Shown here one piece after another: positions 39,984 to 52,948 of a stretch of 64,000 nt of DNA (position 1 is the first letter of the stretch; each line of letters opens with the position of its first letter). The notes beneath the pieces are model-generated. The model did not search any database. It had not been told where the DNA came from and worked only from the letters and a program-made list of their open reading frames with translations. Position numbers and translations under genes: made by a program. Source of the DNA: Octopus vulgaris (lineage: Eukaryota); assembly GCA_951406725.2 (NCBI GenBank), contig OX597815.1, positions 169,012,001 to 169,076,000 on the forward strand. Reading direction: 5' to 3'.

Positions 39984-40479
39984 TATATTTTATTATAAAT
40001 GCAAAACAACACCACAGAGGAATTGATGTAAGCTTAAACAATAAACCGCGATATGGCAAAGGATTACTGTGATTAAAATTTGGTATTGGTGTAATGTTTC
40101 TTCACTGGTGCAGTTTGCTTTAAATTTATACACACTATTCAACCACTGCATTGATTACCTTCCCTAGCTTTCTTCTCCACTCACCTACCCAACTTATTCC
40201 CATTCCCCTCTGCTCTTTCTGCCATCACACCTCTGCTCTCTATATTTGCACTTAAAAACCAACTGTACACACAACCACAGCCACACACCACAAGGAAGGT
40301 GACAAGAAACTGGAAGTCTACAAAGATAAGATTGTTCCTATGTGCCTGGGAAATTGCAGAAGGTGATTTGCCAAATAATTTAATTACAGCTGCCATGAAG
40401 AGCAATGGTTTCTCCAGATCTGTGGCACAAATAGAGCAGAAGAAGAATGAGTTCATCCGATCTTATGGGTAGTGAAGCA

Positions 40480-41720
40480 ACAACTAAACCAGTCAGCTGT
40501 AGATGTGATATACCTCGACTTTGCCAAGGCCTTCGACAAGGTTGATCATAGCATGATATTTCACAAACTGTGAAACATTGGTGTTACTGGGAAAGTGGGA
40601 GAGTGGCTGCATGATTTTCTGAAGGATAGGAGACAGACAGCTGTCGCCAATGGTGCTCACTCTGAAGAGACACCATTTGCAGCGAAGTCCCACAGGGAAC
40701 TGTACAGGGGCCACTACTATTTATGGTGGCCCTCTCATATGTGCCCTCCATGGTACAGTCAGCCAATCTGACCAGTTAAGCTGACGGCACAAAAGTATCG
40801 CAGACAGTTAGGAACCCAGAGGACTTCATAAAACTGCAGAAATACCTGAATGAAATATACAAATGGGCTAACAAACATAACATGTAAATCAATTCTATGA
40901 AATTTCAGGCACTCCACTATCAGTCCAACACCAGGCTAAAATCAGACCAGAAGGTAATACGATTACAGAATTGGTGCATGACCTAGGGGTTCACTTGAGC
41001 AATAATGCAACATTCTATGCGCATATTACCAAGATGGCAATACTGTGCAGGTGAGTGGCTGGATGGATTTTGAGGACATTCAGAATAAGGAAAAGGGAGA
41101 CCCTGCTACTCCTATGGACTTTCATTCTCAGCTTCTTGGACTACTGCTCCCAACTATGGTTCCCAGAGAGTGTGAAACAAACTGGAACTTGAAGCAATCT
41201 AGCACCAATACACAAAGTAGATTGACTTGATGCAAAAGATGGGCTACTAGGAGAGGCTAAAGGAGTTGAGTCTATTCCCTGGAGAGAAGACAGAGATATG
41301 CAGTAATATATATTTGGAAGGTCTTGGAGGGTTTAGCTTGCAATTTTGGAATTGACAGCTTTACCATTCCTTGAACTGGATGGCACTGCATCATACTAAA
41401 AATCCCGTCTTCCTCATCTAAAATAAGGACATATTACTGCAATAATCTGGGTTTCAAGGGCCCGCAATTGTTCAACATCTTGCCAGGCAACTTTAGAGAT
41501 CTACATGGTGTTGATGTGCAAGTTTTCAAGGAACGTCCGGACAGGTTTCTACCTGAGATACCAGATGAACCCACATCACAGCAGAAGATACAAAGAAGAG
41601 CAGCTCCACCCAACTCGCTACTTCACCAAAAACAATACTGGAAACAACCCCAAGTAATTATAGGTGGTGCACCAGCATAACCTCAGCTACGGGCTGAAAC
41701 CAGTAAGAAATAAAAGAATA
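40480..41720 (+). mobile_element. CR1/L2-group LINE, 5'-truncated RT fragment
   Basis: DVIYLDFAKAFDKVDH, PQGTVQGPLLF and a degenerate (Y)ADGTK; multiple stops; A-rich tail. Confidence 0.85.
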
Positions 41721-43879
41721 TATATGTATATATATATATATGATGGTCTTCTTTCAGTTTCTGTCTACCAAATCCACTCATAAGGCTTTGGTCAGCCTGA
41801 GGCTATAATAGAAGACACTTTCCCAAGTTGCCACACAGTGAGACTGAACCTGGAACCATGTGGATGGGAAGCAAGGTTTTTATGGCACAGCCCAAAAGTT
41901 AACATAAAATCTTGATAGGTTTTAATTCAGTTCATTTTAAAATTGCAAGTTTATATCATAGACAGTGATCTCAGGTGGCATGCCTGTGAGCTAAAGGATA
42001 GAGCTTATTTCGCTACAGCAAGTGGTAAAAAGAATCTCTCTGAAGGTTATAGTATTTGGAAAGAGAAATTGAGTATGTTCTAATGATAGGTAGAGAAACC
42101 AGATTCTAAAATGCTCTCAATGTCAATCATAGAGAAAACTCAACACTATGCTAGCAAATAGGGATAGACAGAGGAACAAACAGAATAATAATGATAAATG
42201 AACGATGTATATATATATATATGTCTGTGTGTGAATAGAATTGTTTGTTTCAGTTGAGCTGAAAATAGAACTTATTTATTTTAGTGGTTAGCATAATAAA
42301 GAAATCAACTGTGAAGACAAATATTTTGACTGTATTCACTTGTGCAGAACAATTGAAAGCATTTTTAGGATTTCCAGGAGGTTAAAAAAAAAAGTTTTGA
42401 TATAACATATATATATATATATATATATATAGACAAATATTACAACACTCCTAGTCACAAACTTTTTCAAGTACAATTGCAGCAACTCGGTCACTCAATA
42501 TACATACAAATGACATACTTAAAAAGATAATCTCCAGACATGACAGGACCAATACATAATTTTACAGGAGAAATGCTTATAATTTAAAAAAATTTTTTAT
42601 CTAAATATTACAATAAAAAGAATATAACATACACTGAATTCTACCCAAGGAAAAATATCTGTCATAAATCTAAATACCAATATGCAGCTGGATATTTTCA
42701 AATACATATTTTTCATTAGTTTGTAGAAAATTTATTTTGTTTAATCCTTTAGTATTCAAATTACTCTGTCATATGTAATTCTTAATCAATCACATTGTTT
42801 TGAATTGATCTTGCAGTATCTTGTAATTTCAAGATTTTGACAATCTGGTCGTTTAGTTTTAATATGACATTGTAAGATAGGTGTGAGAGAGGCCAGATTC
42901 AGTCAGTTTGAACATAAAAGATATAGAATATTTGGGCCTGATATGACCAGTTAAAATACTAAAGGGTTCAGGAGGGGAATACATTGGGATTGGTTTGTCT
43001 CTCTTGTATATTTGGAACATTTGTTTGGTAGTTGAAGAATTTTTGTTGACCCATTCATATACAGAAGATCTGTGTACAAAATTTCATTCATAGATTTAAC
43101 CCATTTACATTTAAGAAGTATTGTTTTTTTAATTGATATGCTACAAAGCAGAAAAATTAAGCTAGTTTAGTATCTTCAGCTTAAAATAGCTAAATTATTA
43201 GTTTGTTTTAAGAATTGGCTGATTTTCAAAAACTAATCTTAGTATTGGGGTACATATATTTGTTACACAAGCATGCACACGCGTGCACACACACATACAC
43301 ACACACATTATTGCTTAGTGTGTATATTTAGTTATAATAGCAATATCGGTAACTCAGTCGAACTGATGTTTTTAGTTAGTTAGCAAGCAGTTATCTGGAA
43401 CCAGAGTGGAAACATCATTAAAGTGGAACAGTTATGAATAAGATGTGTATGTCTTCAGGAAAAAAAAAATAGCCAGTCTTAATCACTATGATGTGTGTTG
43501 CAACCAATGGGAAAATGTGTTCCTATCACACTAGGCTTTATTATATTTTGTAGTATTTTTTGTAATTTAATTTATGTGTGAATGAATGTTTTAAATTTTC
43601 AAAAATTGTATGTTATTCATGTGGTAAGAAGTTTACTCACTAACCACATGGTTCTGGGTTCACTCCCACTACATGGCATCTTGGGCAGGTGTCTTCTATA
43701 GTTCCAGGCTACCCAAGGCTGTGTGAATGGTTTTGTTTGATGAAACTGAAAGAAGCATAGTGTGTGTGTGTGTGTGTTTTTTGTTTGTCTACCACTATCA
43801 CTTGATAACTGGTGTTGGTTTGTTTATGTCCCTGTAACTTAGTGTTTGGCATAAAAGATCAATAAATGAGTACCAGCTG

Positions 43880-44927
43880 ATTCCACCTCTGGTTTGAACC
43901 TGAAAGTTTTATCATTTAAAAACATGTTTAAATGCTTTAAAAAATGGTAGTCAGTGGGTGAAAGATCAGGAGAATATGGAGGATGTAGTAAAGTCTCATA
44001 TCCCAAGTCTGTGAATTTCTGCAGCGTCATTCTTGCAACATGTGGCTTTGCATTATCGTAGAGCAGAAATGGGCCACACTGAATCACCAATGCCAGCCTT
44101 GTTTTTTGCAAGTGAGCATGCATTTCAGCCAGTCAATTGCAGTAAACTCTGGCTGTAAATCTATGGTTGGCTTCCAGAAAGCTGTAATGGACAACATCAA
44201 TTGCAGTCCACTATACAGTCACCATAATCTTTTGCTGACACAATTTTGGCTTTGGGAAATGTTTGGGGGATTCATCACGATCAAGCCATTGACCCGATTG
44301 TTTACGGTTATCATAAAGGATCCACTTTTTGTTACAAATGACTATTCAGCCAAGAAAAGGATCATTGGTGTTTCGCAAAAAGAGCATCAAGTGCACTTCA
44401 AAAAACTCAACTTTTTGATTTTCGTTGAGTTCATGTGGTACCCATTTATTGAGCTCTTTCATCCTACTAATTTTCTGCAGATTGCATGAGACCTTTGCAA
44501 TATCAACACCAAGTCCCTGAGACATCTCTCTGACACTTATTCAACAATTGCTTTCAATTGTTCCTTGTCAAGACTGCATGACCATCCTCTACTTTCTTCA
44601 TCTTCGAAACCACCTTTGTACTGTGCAATCACTTGTGGACCCCTCTCCCCATGCTCTGTTGATATTGGCAGCAGTTTGGGAGGCTTTGTGCCCAAGCTTA
44701 AACTCATGCATGAAAAGTAAGCAAAGGTCTTTTTTTGTCATATTCATAATTAAGGGCCCCTATGCTTCAAGAATGTTTTCTGTCTGAAATAAGTGGAAAA
44801 TTATTAAAGAGCATACATCAATTATTAAGTGTGTTGAAATTTGCCTAAAATATAATTAAAATACTTTGATAAAATTGCATTTCAAAACACAACACTTAAA
44901 GCGGCCATTATTTTCTGAACAACCTAA
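43880..44927 (-). mobile_element. Mariner transposon relic, Hsmar1/cecropia-like DD34D transposase pseudogene
   Basis: KWILYDNRKQSGQWLDRDESPKHFPKP, YDNAKPHVAR and HPPYSPDLSPTDYHFLKHL. TA|TTAGGTTG TIR at 44927. The 3' end is lost next to a SINE. Confidence 0.9.
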
Positions 44928-44929
44928 TA

Positions 44930-45124
44930 CTTTTCTACATTTAAGAGATGTGGAATTATTTTCATTGTTTACATTTGACGGATATTTGTCCTCATCTTGT
45001 TTGTTATTAACACATTTCGGCTTATATAGCCTCCAGCCTTCATCAGGCATCTAGGGGAAATTTCGAACCTGGGTTCTCATTCCTAATGTATTTTTTGATG
45101 TTGTTGTTATTGTTATTATTATTA

Positions 45125-45162
<38 letters not shown>

Positions 45163-45325
45163 ATCACTCGGAATCTTGGGATTAGTAGCCCATGCTTTTA
45201 ACCACTACACCATATGCCTGTGGGCAATTCTGGAGTGAATTTTAGGGCTTATAAATCTAATATTCTCCTATCCTTCCTTATTACAGGTTCTCATATGCTG
45301 TTCATATCTGCACTCGATCTGCTTA
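44930..45325 (-). mobile_element. Second Penelope-like tRNA-head/hammerhead repeat
   Basis: Reverse-complement homolog of 28018-28350. Core CTGATGA-aGGCT..AGCC-GAAA at 45009-45051. Confidence 0.65.
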
Positions 45326-45729
45326 GGAAGTTGTTGTGTCCTAACATATGTGCTGCTTCTTTTAATTTTTGTATTTTCCAATAGTGTTCTCTGCCTATTA
45401 TGATCAGCTATACCCGATTTACTGGAGCTACAGTAGAAGACACTTGCTCAAGGTCCCATGCCGTAGGATTGAACCCTGAATTATGTGGTTGGGAAGCAGA
45501 CTTCTTACCTCACAGCCATAATGGAAATATCTATGTAGCAAATGTATGAAAAGAAATATTTGCACACGTTTGATTGATAAACTTGAAATACTCTATTTCT
45601 TGACACAAATAAGTACATAAATGTTGATCGGTAATAAAATTTATTGATTTATAGTGACCGTCTGTTGATACTTGGTATATAGATGTATATTATTATAAGT
45701 GAGTATTTAAAATACTCTTTAATAAACTA

Positions 45730-46185
45730 TGCTTGCGAGGACCTGTTGAGGTAAGTGAAATCGTTGTCATGGCTGATGACAGTACCACCTGATTGGCACC
45801 TGTGTCAGTGGAAAGTTAAAAGCACCATTCAAGTCTGATCATTGTCAGAGCTGTTGACTGGCTCCTGTGCCGGTGGCATGTAAAAAAACACCATTCGATC
45901 CTGGTTGTTGCCAGTGCCGCCAGACTGGCTCCTGTGCAGGTGGCACGTAAAAAGCACCATTGAGCATGGTCAATGCCAGTACCACCTGACTGGCCCTCAT
46001 GCCAGTGGCACATAAAAGCATCCACTACACTCTTGGAGTGGTTGGCATTAGGAAGGGCATGCAGCTGTAGAAACTTTGTCAGATCAGATTGGAGCCTGGT
46101 GCAGCCTTCTGGCTTGCTAACCCTCAATCAAACTGTCCAACCCATGCCAGCAAGAAAGCAGACCTTAAACGACAATGATGATGAT
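45730..46185 (+). mobile_element. RTE-tailed retroposon with ~65-bp internal repeats
   Basis: Repeated GTGCCGGTGGCAC-GTAAAAAGCACC units followed by the (GAT)n tail. Confidence 0.75.
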
Positions 46186-47627
46186 TTGGGAAGCACAACT
46201 GGAATTAAGGATGGTATTCTGTTTTCAAAATATGATTATCTTCTGGCCGGTGCCATAGTGATTGTTCTACCTAGTAAAATTGTGTAGTCACAATTAAAAG
46301 TAGGTGGCATTGGTGGTGGGTATTAAGTTGCGAAATGTTGTTGATCACTATATGTTTTAGTAAATAAACCAAAGATGGTTGCCAAGAAAAGTATTAGTTA
46401 GTCCAATATCTGTTATAAATAAACATAGAAATAGTAACACTTGTCTGTTGAAAGCAGGTAAACTAATCTTGGTTAGTTTGTTTTGCAGTGGTTAATTGGT
46501 GTGTGTGTGTGTGTGTAAATATATAACAGTATTATATAAGATATATATATATATATTCATTTATTTATATAGATATAAATTTTATCTTTTAGATGTCTTA
46601 GTCATTTAGAATGCGACCATGCTGGGGTACCACCTTGAAAACTAGTTAAATGAATTGACCTCAGAATTTTTTCTTTTTTTTTTAAGTCTGGTACATATTC
46701 TATTGGACTCTTGCCAAACTGCTAAATGACAGGGATGTAAACACACCAACATTGGTTGTCAAGCAGTGTGTATGTGGGGTGGACAGACATGCATACACAT
46801 ATATTCGTGCAATGGGTTTCCTTCAGTTTTCATCTAGTAAATCCTCTCACGAGGCTTTGATCGGCTCGAAGCTATAGCAGAAGACATTTGTCCAAGGTGA
46901 CAGGCAGTGGAAATGAACTGGGAATCATGTAGTTAAGAAACAGACTTCTTACCACACAACCACTCCCATATATATAATAATATTATATAATATATTATAT
47001 ATAAATAATACACACACACACACAAATTATGTCATAGTTCTATACAGGTGCTTGGATACTTAATGTTACCTGAAACATTAGAAGATTATTTATTACGTGT
47101 TAATAATACATGTATAGGTGTTATTGAATTTGTTTCTGTGAATGTAGACATTCTGTGGGGCACTACATTGCACATTACTTGTCTAACAAGTGCTACTTCA
47201 CAACAGAAGTATTGGCACTAAGATGTCATTTGGTCATACATTTATAAATCATCCACTCTGACAAATATGTAAATATACATGCACCTAAGATTTATATCTT
47301 CAGCATCAGATATTTATATATGTTTAAAAGTTGAGAATAAAATGATAAAATCGCTGCATTCATTTTGTATTGTATATCTACACCAGGGATTATTGTAAAT
47401 GTTGAATAAGTTCAGTTACAAAGTTTCACACCTACACAGGTGTACTAGCATAGCAAGCTTTCAGTTTATTTATAACATTTCTAAAGGTAATAGTCTGTGT
47501 GTTTAAAGTATTCAGCTTGTAATTGTAAGGGGCTCATATTTCAAATTCTGTTGGCTTCTGTAAAGAGATTTCTTTGTAAGATTCATAGGGAAAAGTCTGC
47601 TGAAACATTTAAAATATCTTTTATCAT

Positions 47628-48183
47628 TCACCTTTTACTTGTTTCAGTCATTAGACTGTGGCCATGCTGGGGCACTGCCTTGAAGGGTTTTAGTCGAATG
47701 AATCAACCCCAGTGCTTTCTTTCTTAAACCTGGTACTTATTCTTTCGATCTCTTTTGCCAGACTACTAAGTTATAGGGATGTAAATACACCAACATTGGT
47801 TGTCAAGCAGTGGTGGGGAACAGACACAGACACTCACAAACACGCACTCACTCCCTCGCACTCACTTCCTCACACGCATAGACTCACTCACATGCACTCA
47901 CTCACTCACTCACTTACTCACACTCACTCACATGCATACATGCACTCACTCACACACTCTCACTCACTCACTCTCACACACTCTCACTCTCACTCACACA
48001 CACTCACTCACACACACTCTCACTCACATGCACATACACATGATGGGCTTCATTCAGTTTCTATCTACCAAATCCACTCATAAGACCACAGTAGAAGACA
48101 CTTGCCCAAGGTGCCACACAGTGGGACTGAATCTGGAACCATGTGGTTGTGAAGCAAACTTTTTGCCATGCAGCCATGCCTGT
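47628..48183 (-). mobile_element. Family A SINE with an expanded (CACT)n centre
   Basis: SINE halves flank a ~200-bp CA/CACT tract. Another copy is at 46580-46968. Confidence 0.8.
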
Positions 48184-48389
48184 TGACATGATTAAAGGGG
48201 TTTACTTAGTTTTCTTATTTTATATCCTCTATTTGATAGTTAAAATAATTATGTAAATGTGTTTCTGATATTTTCTTTTGACATTTAGTATTAATTTTTT
48301 AATTTCTAATTTTTTAATATCTATCTATATTTTTTAATATAATCTATCAAGATTATATGTAACTATATATAAATAGATATAAATATAGG

Positions 48390-49276
48390 TAGATTGATTG
48401 ATTGATTGATAAAGTAACTGATGGATTGATTGATTGATTGATAAAGTGACTGATGGATTGATTGTTTGATAAAGTGACTGATGGATTGATTGTTTGATAA
48501 AGTGACTGATGGATTGATTGTTTGATAAAGTGACTGATTGATTGATAAAGTGACTGATGGATTGATTGATTGATAAAGTGACTGATGGATTGATTGATAA
48601 AGTGACTGATGGATTGATTGATAAAGTGACTGATGGATTGATTGATAAAGTGACTGATGGATTGATTGTTTGATAAAGTGACTGATGGATTGATTGTTTG
48701 ATAAAGTGACTGATGGATTGATTGTTTGATAAAGTGACTGATTGATTGATAAAGTGACTGATGGATTGATTGATTGATAAAGTGACTGATGGATTGATTG
48801 ATAAAGTGACTGATGGATTGATTGATAAAGTGACTGATGGATTGATTGATAAAGTGACTGATGGATTGATTGATAGAGTGACTGATGGATTGATTGATAA
48901 AGTGACTGATGGATTGATTGATTGATAAAGTGACTGATGGATTGATTGATTGATAAAGTGACTGATGGATTGATTGATAAAGTGACTGATGGATTGATTG
49001 TTTGATAAAGTGACTGAGAGATAGGTTGATTGATAGGGCGAGAAGTTGATTGATAGAGAGGGAGGTTGATGGATAGAGCGAGAGGTTGATGGATAGGTAG
49101 GGCGATGGTTTGAGAGCTAGGTAGGGCGATGGGTTGATGGATAGGTAGGGCGACGGGTTGAGGGACAGGTTGGACAACGGGTTGAGGGACAGGTAGGGCG
49201 ACAGGTTGATGGATTGGTAGGGCGATGGGTTGAAGGATAGGTAGGGCGATAGGTTGAGAGATAGATTGATTGATTG
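48390..49276. repeat. Minisatellite ATAAAGTGACTGATGG(ATTG)n with 20/24/28-bp units, grading into a G-rich variant
   Basis: Direct reading. A 204-bp higher-order block is repeated. Confidence 0.95.
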
Positions 49277-49606
49277 AACTTTTATAATAAGGACACCAAA
49301 TTAAGGTCGAGATCAGCCTACCCATGTATATACTATATACAGACAGTTCCACATATACCCATGCATATGCAGCTGAGTTCAAACACTTACATATACAAGT
49401 ACATGAGCACATCAGTATACACTTACAAGTGGTTGCAGGTGTTTGATCCCACTGTGTAGCCCCTTTTAGTGTCTTCCATAACCTTGGGTCAATGCAAGCT
49501 TTAAGAGATGAGTAGCACCTGTTCTACAATGGTACCCTTAATCCATCACCTAGTTTAAAACTATTGCCTAACCATTGAGTGTCTTTAATGAAGCATATTC
49601 TGTTGT

Positions 49607-50018
49607 TAGCATTTAATCCAGCCATAGCCAGCCCTAATATTCTACCTGTTTTATGTTAAAACTGACCAGATCCAACCTCTCGCACTTATCCTACAATGCC
49701 ATTTTCAAGATAGAGAAATGCACCATTGAAATCTTGAAGCTACTAAATAATGTGTGATTAATTCAAAGGAATGTGAATAAATAAACAATACATTTGACAA
49801 AATAATCTGAACTTTAGACTGTTAAATCGGCTACATCCAGCCCAATTTATTATATCTATTTTATGTTCAAACTCACCATATTCAACCTCTCAGACGTACC
49901 TGACAATGTCCTTGTTAAAATAAACAATAACATCATAATATCTCAAAGCTATGATTAATTCAAAACAATGTGACTAAATAAGCATTACATTTGACAGAAT
50001 AACCTGAATATTAAAGGG
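49607..50018. mobile_element. Head-to-tail dimer of the piggyBac-type MITE
   Basis: Two consecutive ~205-bp copies. The right end is AAAGGG|TTAA. Confidence 0.7.
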
Positions 50019-50117
50019 TTAAATCAACTCCTTAGTTCGAAAATAACTTCTTCTTGTTGCATCAACTCACCAGTCGTGATTTCTTTTTTTTCTGCCTTTT
50101 CCTTTCTGTAAGACTTA

Positions 50118-50981
50118 CCGTAAATCCTCGAGTATAGTCCGCCCTTGAATATAATACGCAGGGTATTTTTAGAAGGCTGAACCTCTGAAAAACCTAAACC
50201 TTTTGTATTATACGCACTCCTTCTCTAACTTGAGTCAAGGACGTCTATATAATGTCCTTGGTTTGTAAAACTGTATATGGTAATGTCCTTTATTATTACT
50301 AGCAGTGTCACTCGGCGTTGCTCGGGTTTGTTTCAACCCTTTAGAATTGGAATTTTTGAAAAGTAAAAATTTTGCATTATGTAGCTTGTTATTCTCTTTA
50401 AGTGAACATTTTTCTGGTTGAAATATACCGGAAAATGGCGACACAGCAGTCAAAAAATCATAAAAAGTACGGATTTTCATAGAAAAAAAGCACCTTTTTG
50501 GTGTTAACGTGGTCCGATTTGAATTTTATCTTTTACGGAATGAAGAGCAAGCCTTCTTCTATCATACTCTCAATTTTGGTCAACTTGCGCCACAGGGTCT
50601 TGGAGGAAATAGTGTTAGTTGAAGACTACCAAACCTGCCACACAGACAATTTCAGCTTTTTATATATAGATTGTATATATAACATAATGCAAATGTGTAG
50701 CTATTTTGTGCATTTTGTTTGCAGAAAATAAAGTAATAACAGTAATAACGTTTAATAAAGGTTGCTTACTGCATGTTATGGATGATTCTTTTATGACTTC
50801 ATTGCTTTCAGGTTTAGCTTAAGGTATTTTCACGCCCAATGTCACAAAATGTGTCTGAAATTTGCCGGACAGCAAATAGAGACTTGGACATTGCTTAGAA
50901 AATATTTTTCATTTTTAACCTCGTATATAGTATGCACTAGGGATTTTGACCTTTAAATTTTAGGGAAAAAAGGATTTACGG
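50118..50981. mobile_element. Tc1/mariner-pogo-like non-autonomous element carrying a Helitron
   Basis: TA|CCGTAAATCCT...AGGATTTACGG|TA. Confidence 0.75.
50299..50670 (-). mobile_element. Non-autonomous Helitron (family of 578-954)
   Basis: Reverse-complement homolog of 578-954 with TC/CTAG ends at an AT target, nested in a pogo-like MITE. Confidence 0.8.
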
Positions 50982-51067
50982 TATAGGTACTTCACCTCTT
51001 CCTTTGATTCAGCTCTAAAATGAAGTTATTTAATAGTTGCAACATGTTTGTAACAACTCTTCTAAGA

Positions 51068-51349
51068 CAGGAGTCCTCAATTACTGCACCATGGACCAAC
51101 ACACGGCTTGGATCATTTGGTACCTGGCTGCACAGAAAGAATATTTGAAAGTTTTGTTGATATTTTATTGGCTGTCACAGTCTGCAGGGTGTTTTTTTTT
51201 TTTTGCATTATAGATGTATTATATATGCAATAATTAAATTATAAATTACGCACTTTATCATGTATTGCTATGCATGTTATCCTACAGTCCACGGGAAAAT
51301 TATCTTGCATGAAACCAGTCCATTATGCTAAAAAGGTTGAGGACAGCTG
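51068..51349. mobile_element. hAT (Charlie/MER1-like) MITE
   Basis: CAGGAGTCCTCAA...TTGAGGACAGCTG termini. 8-bp flanks ttctaaga/ctctaaaa resemble the Charlie NTCTAGAN target. Confidence 0.65.
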
Positions 51350-51494
51350 CTCTAAAAACAATCGTGTAGAAATCAATGGACTGAAAATTATGTTGCCTTT
51401 GTGTCTGAACCGTTCCTTTGTTTTTCCTAATCATTAATGAATGACTTTACAATATTTAAATTATGTAACACACACACACACACACACACACTTG

Positions 51495-51900
51495 TATGCT
51501 TTCTCCCCCTTTCTTCCATCTTTGACTTTTCATTAATATACTCTCTCCCTAGGTTTGCATTTTATTTCTTTTGCTTCATCTCTCTCTCTCACCCCTCGCT
51601 CGATTTCTTTTTTTTTTTTATCTCTTACTTCTCCATCTTTCTCTCTGCTCCCTTTTACTTCTTTCTCTCTCCCTGCTTCTTGTTTCCTTTTTATCTACCT
51701 CTTTTGCTTTATCTTTCAAATTTTCACCTATTCTGTCTTTTTCTTTTTTGTGTTTCAGTTTTTATATTTTTATTCTACTTCTTTCTCCCCTTTATCCCCC
51801 CCACTTTTTTCTCTACTCATTGTCTTTTCATTCTTTTTTATTTCCTATTTTTTTTGTCTCTTTTTCTACTCTCACTATTTTCTCTTTCTTCTATCTTTTC
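51495..51900. repeat. Polypyrimidine (CT/T-rich) low-complexity tract
   Basis: Direct reading. Confidence 0.9.
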
Positions 51901-52948
51901 AAGTTACTTATGTCTCTTGTGTCGTGCCCTTGAGATCTAGTCAACTATCCCAGCTATCTCTCCCATATTACAGATGTGTGAATTACAACATCTGTCTTAT
52001 ATTTAGCCTCTGATGACAACTTACCTGTGCTACCACTTACATAATACTTTTATTATATCTTTGTGCACAAACACATAAGCACAGATCTCCTTCAATGATT
52101 AAGTTTGGTTTACTATTACAAGGTCCTGTGTTCAATTCCTCTGTTCAGCACTTTGAACAAATAACATCTGCCACAGCTTCAGGGTACATCCAGGCATCAT
52201 GAATGAAATTTAGTAAATAAAAACTGTGAAATCTCATCAAATAGCTTGTACTTGTTAGTTCAAAGGTCCAGCCCTGCTAAGCACTGTGTTGTGCTGAGTC
52301 TGCCCAAGGATTGTTAAAAGTGCATATGCCTGTCGGATATACTACCCACTACATTACATAATACAATGGAAAGGTTTTTTTTCATTTATCAAACAAATAG
52401 GGCACTTGTCAAAGTTGCTGGGGTGATGTGGGGTCTGTTTTCACATTCAAATAAGTGTTCAATTAAACACTCACACAAATAAACACGTGCATGGGTTCAT
52501 CATCATTGTCACAATCCTCTTCACCGAATTGTGTATATGTAAATGTTCATATACACAATGTCTGTCTTTCTCTTTCTCTCTCCTTCTCCCCTTCTCTCTC
52601 AAATATGTATCAATATTTCACGTTAGAAATATTTCCAAAGTATTATTTGACAATCACTTTATTGAGAAAGAATATGTTCAATCTGATTTTTTTTTTTTCA
52701 GTAATATCTGCATTTTATAATATTATTTACACAAGAAAAGTGATGAGCTGGCAGAATTTTTAACTCTTTGGGCAAAATTCCGCTAGGCATTTTGCCCATC
52801 TTCCTGTCCTAAGTTCAAGTTCCACTGAGGTCGACTTTGCCTTTCATCCTTTCAGGGTCAAGAAAATAAGTACCAGTTGAGTACCAGAGTCAATGTAATC
52901 GACTTACCCCCACCATCGAAATTGTTGTTACTTATTCTATCAGTCTCT

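Noticed and set aside
49100-49250. G-quadruplex in the G-rich repeat variant
   Set aside because: GGG runs occur in groups of two or three separated by ~14-nt loops, so no canonical four-tract motif is present.
48353-49412. 274 aa and 349 aa ORFs
   Set aside because: They are stop-free readings of a minisatellite, with no splice or homology evidence.
51437-52013. Hydrophobic F/L/S-rich ORFs as membrane proteins
   Set aside because: Artefact of a polypyrimidine tract.
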